The notes under the pieces were generated by a model. That model saw only the letters and a program-made list of their open reading frames with translations. It was not told where the DNA came from and searched no databases. This document shows, in pieces, positions 19,327 to 28,800 of a stretch of 64,000 nt of DNA; position 1 is the stretch's first letter; the number at the start of each line of letters is the position of its first letter. The position numbers and the translations under genes were made by a program. This stretch comes from Rebecca billardiae RCC1528 (Eukaryota > Protista > Haptophyta). The stretch lies in assembly GCA_965240325.2 (NCBI GenBank), contig OZ251228.1, positions 868,001 to 932,000 of the forward strand, in the 5' to 3' direction.

Positions 19327-19720
19327 TGAGCCTCGGTCGACCGCTGCTTGCTTGGCCTTGCTTGCGGGACCAGATAGTTGCATTCGTTGAGGCCGTTGCG
19401 CAGCTGGGCGCTTGGCGCGCGGTCGCACTCACTGCTCCGCGCGGACCAAAGCCGACAGCCGACTAACGCTATTGTCTCGGTCTATGCACGCACGAGTTCG
19501 CGCGCGGAATGTCAATGTCATTGTTGCCAATGAGCCTCGGCTCAGTCGGTCCATTGCTAGGCTCATGGGACCAGATGCGGCTGCATTGGCCAGTTGAGGC
19601 CGTGACTCGGCGCGCTGCAGCTGGGCGCTTGGCGCGCGGTCGCACTCACTGCTCCGCGCGACCTAAAGCCGACAGGCGACTATCGTCTATGCAAGATATT
19701 TCGCATGCTCGAATTCGCGC
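19327..19720. repeat. Degenerate ~205-217-bp tandem duplication (2 copies)
   Basis: CAGCTGGGCGCTTGGCGCGCGGTCGCACTCACTGCTCCGCGCG at 19401 and 19618; ATGAGCCTCGG at ~19327 and ~19530. Confidence 0.8.
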
Positions 19721-20278
19721 GCCAATATGGCCGGTGGCGGTTGGCACCACGCGGTCCAGCGCGCACGCAGCGCGGCCCGAGGGTCCGTGCACGACCGGTG
19801 ACCTGAACTCGGTCTGTGGGCCGGCTCCGAGTCCGAACGCGCGTCGGAATCCTGGTGCGAGGCATCCGGAACGTGGTGCATGACGCACTCGCCGCCCAGT
19901 CGTCAGACACATGCTGTATAGTACTGCGGCAGTCCGCGCGCGAATCGGCGCTGTACCGTTGCACAGGTAGTCTACAGGGGTCTCAACAATTAAACGTCAC
20001 ATTCTGACTGAGCTGCACGCCACTGCTCACCCTGCCCCCCTGGGCTGATCCAGGCGGCCCCCACGGCCCGTGCACGACGGTTTCGACCCAGCGCGTCAGC
20101 CCCAGCGCGCGTGGGCTGGAGTTGGGCACACCAGCAGGTCACACGGCTGCAGGCGTATGCAGCCTGTCGCAGCTGGCCACGGATCCTGCTGCGCAGGCTT
20201 CATTAAAGCTGTGTTCTCCAGAATATAGTCATAGTGATCATGATGACATCCGTCTACTCTGATACGTTCCGAATTTCT

Positions 20279-21526
20279 CTAGAGCATCAGAGACAGTGCC
20301 GCACGCCATCGTGGAAGCACCGGCACCGAGGGTTCCGGTCGAGGGGTCCGACGAGATCGCCGCCGCGCGACTCGCGACCGAGCCCACAACGCTGCCGCGG
20401 CGAGCGCGACGCCGACGGCCGCGACGGCGAGCAGCGACATCAGGGTGTCCATCGACTCGGTGGGTGAGCGCAGGCTCTGCGCCCATGCCACGCGCGTTGG
20501 CCAGAAGGCCCGGGCGCCTGGATCGGCCGCCGAGGCTTCGGCCGTCCTCCCGTGTCGCGCGGCCGCGCCAAAGAAGGCAACGTCGTACACGTGGAAGCCA
20601 ACCTGCGCCTTGCTGTGCGCCATGTCCCGCGCGGAGCAGCGGAAGCACACGTGCGTGTCCGGCGAGAAGGTGAAGAGCTCTGTGCCGGGGAAGGCGTCGC
20701 GTACCCACGCCGCGCATGCAGCCGGGCTCCAGCGCGACCAGGTGAAGCCGCTGCGGTACGAGCCACACGCCGTGTCGCGGAAGCGCAGGCCTCCGCCCAG
20801 CCCAGGCGGTGAGGGCGGCAGCGGCGGCGAGGGCGGCGACAGCGGCGGCGGCGACATCGGCGGCATCGGCGGAAGCGCCGGCGGCGAGGGCGATGTCGGC
20901 GGCGGCGGGGAGCTCGGCGGTGGCGCTTGCGGCGGCGGGCTCGGCAGCACGGTGAGGTACGTGTTGTACCAAGAGTTGCGCGATCGCGCCGCGCCGGGCT
21001 CACACGCCAGGCATGTGTGCAAGTGAGCCGAGTAGGCAAAGTGCGGATGGCCGCCGCCGCGGGCGAGGATGCGGGCCTGGCAATGCGCGGCACTCGGCAC
21101 GCTCCTGGCGACGAAGTCGCCACAGCTGGTGCGCTTGGCGACGAGTGCGAAGTCCGACCGCAGCGCGGGTGGCGATGGTGGACGCGGCGGCGGTGGTGGC
21201 GGCCCCGCAGCAGCCGGCGGCGGAGACGGAGTGACCACTGTGAGGTGGTACACATCGTAGCCACGTGCGCGCCGCGCCTTCTTGTACTCGTCCGATGTGC
21301 AGGCCGTGCACAGCCCTGTCTGCTGCGACCAGGCAACGTAGCCACCCATGCCTACCGCGCCGGCCGCTGCGGCAGCGCACGCGGTGGCCGCATCGTAAGT
21401 GCCCAGCAGTGCGCCGCACGCGGCATCGCGCCTCACGATGGCGAGGCGGATCCCTGACGGGCGAACTGATCGAGGCGTGGGCAACGAGACCACACCTGCC
21501 ACGAGAATGGCTAATGTCGCCACCAT
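20279..21526 (-). CDS. Type-I membrane/cell-surface protein with three Cys-rich (PAN/apple-like) modules and Pro-rich linkers
   Basis: Signal peptide MVATLAILVAGVVSL; three modules of the form CG...C...CxxC...Y.[VT]Y; SPPP-rich linkers; hydrophobic LMSLLAVAAVGVALAAAALW followed by a basic tail. Confidence 0.8.
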   Translation of the reverse strand: MVATLAILVAGVVSLPTPRSVRPSGIRLAIVRRDAACGALLGTYDAATACAAAAAGAVGMGGYVAWSQQTGLCTACTSDEYKKARRARGYDVYHLTVVTPSPPPAAAGPPPPPPRPPSPPALRSDFALVAKRTSCGDFVARSVPSAAHCQARILARGGGHPHFAYSAHLHTCLACEPGAARSRNSWYNTYLTVLPSPPPQAPPPSSPPPPTSPSPPALPPMPPMSPPPLSPPSPPLPPSPPGLGGGLRFRDTACGSYRSGFTWSRWSPAACAAWVRDAFPGTELFTFSPDTHVCFRCSARDMAHSKAQVGFHVYDVAFFGAAARHGRTAEASAADPGARAFWPTRVAWAQSLRSPTESMDTLMSLLAVAAVGVALAAAALWARSRVARRRSRRTPRPEPSVPVLPRWRAALSLML

Positions 21527-21778
21527 TGCCGTGTGCACCGGCGGCCAAATTGCGGCGCTCACAGCATCAAGGGCTGGCAGTGCCGCCGCGGCAGGCAGCC
21601 ATGCTGCCTCCGTGGGCTGTGATGCCAGGGCTGTCGTCGTCGGTCACCCGGCGCCACCGGCCGGTGGTACTGCGGCGCGCGTTCTACGCGCGGTTCGGCA
21701 GAGGCGGGGCCTCTCTGCCGCACAGGGCGCGTGTGGGCGTCGTGTATCGTAGCTGAGTGCTTCGCTGCATCCGACACC

Positions 21779-22439
21779 ATGGCGGCTCTCGGCGCAGCCG
21801 CCCTCGGCCTGTCGGCTCTCGACACGGCAATCGGCAAATCGAGCCACCAAGCGACCATGGAGGTGCGCCTCGTGGATGAGAAGGTGCAGCAGCTGAAGGC
21901 GATCTCCAATTTGTCGGCGCTCATCGGTGGTTTCGCGATGGTGTCCATTGTTGAGCTCAACATCACCCCCGGCCACCCGCAGGTGCTCATGTTTGCGTTT
22001 GGCACGATGGCAGCAACTGTGATCGCGCTCATGATGTTTTCTATGGTGCGTCGCAGCCCGCGAGCCCCACTGATCCCTTCTCTCGCGCCATGGGCAGATA
22101 TCATATCGACCGTTCCGTGGCCACGCGCCCCGCGCCGTTTTGCCCTCACTGTGCCAGGTGCTGTGCTCGCTGATCATGGTGTACATCCTCAACTACCGCA
22201 CCGTGCACCTCAAGCCGTTTGACCAGATCGCATGGAACAGCCGCTGCGAGGCGGACTGGCGTCGAGCCTTCTCGGCCTTCAAGTCGGGCGTGCCGTGCTT
22301 CCTGCTCAACCTGGCTCTGCTCGCGTGGGTGCAATTTCAGGACTACTACGCCGCCGCCGCGGCTATCACTGCTATCGCACTGGCGGCCGTGTTCGTCTGG
22401 CTGTGGTACGTGAAGCAGAAGTGGGCCGAGGCACGATGA
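21779..22439 (+). CDS. ORAI: Orai-family (CRAC) Ca2+ channel subunit; exons 21779-22045 and 22158-22439
   Basis: TM1 QLKAISNLSALIGGFAMVSIVE aligns to Orai [22 protein letters not shown]; TM3 GVPCFLLNLALLAWVQF aligns to GTLLFLAEVVLLCWVKF; four TM segments; GT-AG intron 22046-22157. Confidence 0.9.
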
Positions 22440-22779
22440 CGTTACCATGCGGCATGCCACGTGGTCATGGTCATTATCTGGCACAACAGCGGCCGTGGCG
22501 CCAGGCGCCTGCTAGCAAGCCGCAGCGATCGTGTCAAGAACGGGCCTGCGCACACTGCACAGGCCGCTGGCGCGACGCTCACGCTGGCGCCGCGTCCGCC
22601 AGTCTCAGCTCAGAGTGACAGAGTCTCAGCAAGGGCGGACGCCTCAAACCGATACCCGGGCTGTCCCGACCGTCAGGCCGCCCTCAAAAGTCACGACCGT
22701 GATCGACCGTTCACCCGTCACGGGGCGACTACTACTAGTCACCAGAGTGCCGCGGGCAGAATAATAAGTGCCAATATAT

Positions 22780-22872
22780 GTGGTGTTATTGGTACAATAA
22801 CTGAGTGTGTACGAGCTGCGTGACGGCGGGGCTCGCCGTGTGGCCTCTCACTCTGTTGCACCCAGCTCGCAG

Positions 22873-22876
<4 letters not shown>
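22780..22876. repeat. ~98-bp structured dispersed repeat, copy 2
   Basis: Matches 9279-9377; abuts the TA tract. Confidence 0.92.

Positions 22877-22939
<63 letters not shown>
22876..22939. repeat. (TA)32 microsatellite
   Basis: Perfect TA run immediately preceding element copy 2. Confidence 0.98.
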
Positions 22940-22943
<4 letters not shown>

Positions 22944-25681
22944 ATGGCCCGCGGTGCAGGGCGGAGCGCGCAGCGTGGAGCCCGCAGTGCGGGCCCGAAC
23001 CACGTTTCAAAAAGATCTTTGATCAAAGGAAAAAGGGCCCGGGGCCGGGGCGATTTTCAGGGAGGTGGAGACCAAGTTTCGATTTTTTGAGACCGCATAG
23101 AGACGTTCATTCGGCAAGAAAAGACCGCGCCCACGATATTCCCTAAGTAAAGTGCGATATGCGTGTGAGCCGGACGTGAGTTTAACGTAACGCTTCGTTA
23201 CGAGCGAATCGTATTCGTCGTCCCGGATCGCGTGACGTCCGGACTGGCCACATCCGGGGATCGGAGGTGACGTGCCCGGCGCACGATGGCGGATGGGACC
23301 AACCCCTGGCTGCGAGCGCGCCTGCACGTGCCTGCGGACCCGCCTCCCGCTTGCTGCTCACGCAGTCAGCTGCGACCTTGGCGCATGATCGCAGAAGCAG
23401 TGCCGGCAGTACGGCCTGCATCAGCTACGGTGCCGCGCCGTCGTGGCGCGCGCGGTAGTTGCGTTTGCAGCCGGCTCGGGCGACGGCACGCGCGTGATGC
23501 GGCTCAGGTGTGTCAAATGCGGTCTCGTCGGCGCGCTTTCGCCTGCCACCTCGTGCACCCGTGCCGCCAGCTTCATCGTCTTCATGAGGACTGCTGAGAC
23601 TGCTGTCGCCATCCGCTCTCCATCACCCCGAGTCGCGCGGCGCGCGCGGTAGCAGGGCGTACGGTCACTCCCCCGTGCAACGGGTCAAGTGGCCAGAGTA
23701 CGTCTGGTCGTCGTTGGCTGGCACGGGCCGCAGCGCTAAAGCACCCTGCTGTCACACCCGACTCCTTCAGTACTCCGAGCTCCGCGGCACGACTCACTCG
23801 GCACGATCGCAGACGGGTCGGATCCGAGCTGATCAGCCAGTTGGACATTTGGCATCTATGATCTAAGCTAGTTGTCAGACGGACGTCCGATTTGACGGGT
23901 GCCGGGTGCGGTCTTGATCAGGTCCGCTGCTGTGATTGTGTGAAGTGTGAATGGCGGGCCGTAGGTCCGCCCCTTGTAGTGCCCGGGGAAAAGATAAGAA
24001 AAATAAAAAGAAAAGAAAATCGCCTCGCAGAGAAAAGAAAATCGCTTCGCTCACTACCGGGCGCCCTCGCAGCTCCGAGACTGACCACTGGGGACGCTCG
24101 GCCGAAAACATCTCCCCGATGGCGCGGAGCGCATGGGCGGCGCGCGCCAAATCCAACGCCGGCGCGGACATCACGCGAGGATTCCCTAGACGGGTTTTCG
24201 CCCGATTCGCGATTGCTGCCCTCGTCGTCTCGCGTGCAGGTCGACCGGGTCTAAATCGACGCGTTTGGAGCGGTACGCTCGGCGCGTCGACACGATCGTG
24301 AGACCTGGGGCGATCCTCGCCCGACGTGCACGTCGAAAGCTCGCACCGGCCATAGCACCATGCGCTGCGCACGATGACCGCCTCGCGCGATCCACCGTCG
24401 CGCGTCGGGCTCGGTGCGAGAAAGCCCTCATCACGAGGCGTCTCGCGGGCGGGAAGCGCCATCGCACGCGACGCAAGATTTGGCGCGGCCTTCTGAACTC
24501 GATCGCCGGAATCCGCGCACCGGACTCAGTCGTCGCTCGCGGTCCCTCAGCCGAAGCCCACGTCCGGCCTGCATGGCATCGACGGTGACCAACGCGACGG
24601 AAGCGCAGCGCCAACGGCGTACGACGCGCAGCGGACGCACCTCCCGGGTCTGTCGCCGTGGCAGCAACCGCGTCTTCGCGAGTTGGCGACCCTCGCCGCA
24701 GCGCGACACAGACAAGCCCGTGATGCCATCCGCAGAGAGATGAAACGTCGAGCATGCAACATCGCCGCGCCATCCTCGTCCATGGCGCAGGCGCTGCGGG
24801 ACGAGGCGGAAGTCGTCACGCCGGTGACGGATGCGCTGCAATTCGTGTGCCCGCGTGAGCAGCTCGTGCCCACTCTCGATCGCGAGTGGCACACGCTGTC
24901 GCTGTGCGCGCGCGCGCGCACAACCAACAGCTCCTCGTGCCGCCGAACACGCGGGCGCCATACCTGTCGAAGAGGCGAAGAGCGACGAGCGCGTGAACGT
25001 CAACGCGCTCGTGCTCAGCGTGGCGGCCGTGTACGATGTCAACGCGACCTGCGCCGAGCCCATCATGCCCGGAGCGGACATCGGCAAGCGTCCTCGCGAC
25101 GACCGCTCTCGGCTGGCGGCAGGAGGACATGCACACGATCTACTCTGGCGGCTTCGTCGGCGGCGAGGCGCTCGATTACGCCATCGCGGTCGAGATGCGG
25201 CACATACAGCGCGTACCCGCGCTCGCGCGGAGCAACGGGCTACCCGCCCCGCCCCGCGTGCTGCACGTTCCCTCGTGGGTGTGGGCCTCGCTGATGCGCA
25301 CAGAGTACAGACGTGTACACGTGGGAGAACTTCAGCCTTCACGTTCAGGTGTCACTGGTCCTCGCCCTCGGACTGTGGCCCGTCACCCACGGCCACGAGC
25401 GAATGTGGATGAAAGACGCGAACCCGCAGAGGAAATATTGCGACAGCACTGGCACGGCCCGCCGACCCCCCCGCCCGCCAGGGCACAGTTTAATGAGTCT
25501 CGCGCGGGATCGCAGGCAGGGCGACGGCCGGACTAATATAGTTAGACTGTACTCTTCAGTCGTCTCGGAACCGACTTCAACTGGCGAACTGCCACTACGG
25601 CAGAGAGCCGCGATTGCACGGCCACCGCGGGCCCCCAACTGCAATGATTCTATGCAGGAAAGGACCGCGGAACGCGGTCAT
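22940..25681 (+). mobile_element. Non-autonomous Helitron2/Helentron-like element, copy 2
   Basis: Same 5' ~260 bp and 3' ~55 bp as 447-2435. Inverted repeat GGCCCGCGGTG (22946-22956) / CACCGCGGGCC (25623-25633). Hairpin GACCGCG-GAA-CGCGGTC at 25663-25679. TATA on both flanks. Confidence 0.65.
25110..25455 (+). pseudogene. Degraded Ulp1/SENP (peptidase C48)-like fragment inside element copy 2
   Basis: Ordered motifs across frameshifts: EDMHTIYSGGFVGGEALDYAI, HVPSWVWASL, DVYTWENF, HWS (25353), KYCDSTG. No catalytic Cys motif seen. Confidence 0.45.
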
Positions 25682-25829
25682 ATAACTACTATGGCGGATC
25701 CATCCTCTCACCTCTGGCCAGTGTCAGGCATCACCAGTAGTACTTCGAGTAAGAGTCATCGGACGTACGAGTCGCGGCACATTGATTGCATGTAGCCCGT
25801 GAATGACGATGAGTAGAGAAATAAAGTGT

Positions 25830-28800
25830 CAGCCCAGCAGCGGCAGCCATCCCGTCGGCGACGACTGCCGGAAACTACCAGTCAGAGACCAGCCTGCAGC
25901 CACCGCTCGGCGCACTCCTCATCGGAGCGCGCGGCGAGAACGCGCGCGGAGACAGCCACGCTCGGCAGCGTCGAGCGCCGATGCCGCGAGCGGCTGCGCA
26001 GCCGTGCGCGCGTCTCCGTCCGCACGCAGCGCCCAACAAGCTCGTCCGAGCAGCGGCAGCCATTCCGTCGCCGCGCGGCGGCCATTCCGTCACCTCGCGG
26101 CGGCCATTCCGTAAACAGCCTGCAGCCACCGCTCGGCGCGCATCTCGGAGCGCGCGGCGAGGACGCCGGCGGAGACACAGCCACGCTTGGCAGCGTCGAG
26201 CGCCGATGCCGCGAGCGGCTGCGCCGCCGTGCGCGCGTCTCCGCCTGCACGTCGCGCCTAACAAGCTCGTCCCAGCAGCGGCGGCCATTCCGTCACCTCG
26301 CGGCGGCCATTCCGTCACCGGCCTGCAGCCACCGCTCGGCGCGCATCTCGGAGCGCGTGGCGAGGACGCCGGCGGAGACACAGCCACGCTTGGCAGCGTC
26401 GAGCGCCGATGCCGCGAGCGGCTGCGCCGCCGTGCGCGCGTCTCCGCCTGCACGCCGCGCCCAACAGCTCGTCCCAGCAGCGGCAGCCATTCCGTCGCCG
26501 CGCGGCGGCCATTCCGTCACCTCGCGGCGGCCATTCCGTCACCGGCCTGCAGCCACCGCTCGGCGCGCATCTCGGAGCGCGCGGCGAGGACGCCGGCGGA
26601 GACACAGCCACGCTCGGCAGCGTCGAGCGCCGATGCCGCCAGCGGCTGCGCCGCCGTGCGCGCGTCTCCGCCCGCACGTTGCGCCCAGCAAGCTCGTCCC
26701 AGCAGCGGCAGCCATTCCGTCGCCGCGCGGCGGCCATTCCGTCACCTCGCGGCGGCCATTCCGTCACCGGCCTGCAGCCACCGCTCGGCGCGCATCTCGG
26801 AGCGCGCGGCGAGGACGCCGGCGGAGACACAGCCACGCTTGGCAGCGTCGAGCGCCGATGCCGCGAGCGGCTGCGCCGCCGTGCTCGCGTCTCCGCCCAC
26901 ACGCCGCGCCCAACAGCTCGTCCCAGCAGCGGCAGCCATTCCGTCGCCTCGCGGCGGCCATTCCGTCACCTCGCGGCGGCCATTCCGTCACCGGCCTGCA
27001 GCCACCGCTCGGCGCGCATCTCGGAGCGCGTGGCGAGGACGCCGGCGGAGACACAGCCACGCTTGGCAGCGTCGAGCGCCGATGCCGCGAGCGGCTGCGC
27101 CGCCGTGCGCGCGTCTCCGCCTGCACGCCGCGCCCAACAGCTCGTCCCAGCAGCGGCAGCCATTGCGTCACCTCGCGGCGGCCATTCCGTCACCTCGCGG
27201 CGGCCATTCCGTAAACAGCCTGCAGCCACCGCTCGGCGCGCTCGTCGGAGCGCGCGGCGAGGACGCGCGCGGAGACACAGCCACGCTCGGCAGCGTCGAA
27301 CGCCGATGCCGCGAGCGGCTGCGTCGCCGTGCGCGCGTCTCCGCCTGCACGCTGCGCCCAGCAAGCTCGTCCCAGCAGCGGCAGCCATTCCGTCGCCTCG
27401 CGGCGGCCATTCCGTCACCTCGCGGCGGCCATTCCGTCACCGGCCTGCAGCCACCGCTCGGCGCGCATCTCGGAGCGCGTGGCGAGGACGCCGGCGGAGA
27501 CACAGCCACGCTTGGCAGCGTCGAGCGCCGATGCCGCGAGCGGCTGCGCCGCCGTGCGCGCGTCTCCGCCTGCACGCCGCGCCCAACAGCTCGTCCCAGC
27601 AGCGGCAGCCATTCCGTCGCCGCGCGGCGGCCATTCCGTCACCTCGCGGCGGCCATTCCGTAAACAGCCTGCAGCCACCGCTCGGCGCGCTCGTCGGAGC
27701 GCGCGGCGAGGACGCGCGCGGAGACACAGCCACGCTCGGCAGCGTCGAGCGCCGATGCCGCGAGCGGCTGCGTCGCCGTGCGCGCGTCTCCGCCTGCACG
27801 CTGCGCCCAACAGCTCGTCCCAGCAGCGGCAGCCATTCCGTCGCCTCGCGGCGGCCATTCCGTCACCTCGCGGCGGCCATTCCGTCACCGGCCTGCAGCC
27901 ACCGCTCGGCGCGCATCTCGGAGCGCGTGGCGAGGACGCCGGCGGAGACACAGCCACGCTTGGCAGCGTCGAGCGCCGATGCCGCGAGCGGCTGCGCCGC
28001 CGTGCGCGCGTCTCCGCCTGCACGCCGCGCCCAACAGCTCGTCCCAGCAGCGGCAGCCATTCCGTCACCTCGCGGCGGCCATTCCGTCACCTCGCGGCGG
28101 CCATTCCGTCACCGGCCTGCAGCCACCGCTCGGCGCGCATCTCGGAGCGCGCGGCGAGGACGCCGGCGGAGACACAGCCACGCTTGGCAGCGTCGAGCGC
28201 CGATGCCGCGAGCGGCTGCGCCGCCGTGCGCGCGTCTCCGCCTGCACGCTGCGCCCAACAGCTCGTCCCAGCAGCGGCAGCCATTCCGTCACCTCGCGGC
28301 GGCCATTCCGTCACCGGCCTGCAGCCACAGCTCGGCGCGCATCTCGGAGCGCGTGGCGAGGACGCCGGCGGAGACACAGCCACGCTTGGCAGCGTCGAGC
28401 TCCGATGCCGCGAGCGGCTGCGCCGCCGTGCGCGCGTCTCCGCCTGCACGCCGCGCCCAACAGCTCGTCCCAGCAGCGGCAGCCATTCCGTCGCCGCGCG
28501 GCGGCCATTCCGTCACCTCGCGGCGGCCATTCCGTCACCGGCCTGCAGCCACCGCTCGGCGCGCATCTCGGAGCGCGCGGCGAGGACGCCGGCGGAGACA
28601 CAGCCACGCTCAGCGTCGAGCGCCGATGCCCCGAGCCGCTGCGCCGCCGTGCGCGCGTCTCCGCCTGCACGCCGCGCCCAACAGCTCGTCCCAGCAGCGG
28701 CAGCCATTCCGTCGCCGCGCGGCGGCCATTCCGTCACCTCGCGGCGGCCATTCCGTCACCGGCCTGCAGCCACCGCTCGGCGCGCATCTCGGAGCGCGCG

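Noticed and set aside
22739-23146. ORFs containing YIYIYI runs
   Set aside because: Translations of the (TA)n microsatellite.
447-23206. The two ~260-bp repeats as LTRs of one 22-kb retrotransposon
   Set aside because: They are substantially diverged, enclose housekeeping genes, lack gag-pol, PBS and PPT, and each pairs with its own 3' end motif.
23210-24700. Coding gene in the 5' interior of element copy 2
   Set aside because: Only short, stop-interrupted frames with no recognisable motif; cannot be supported without a homology search.
889-25342. Numerous long Arg/Ala/Pro-rich overlapping ORFs (e.g. 889-2442, 4931-6673, 5176-6615, 6849-8318, 12000-13097, 17210-18472)
   Set aside because: Shadow ORFs expected at this GC content, antisense or off-frame to better-supported genes, with no motifs.
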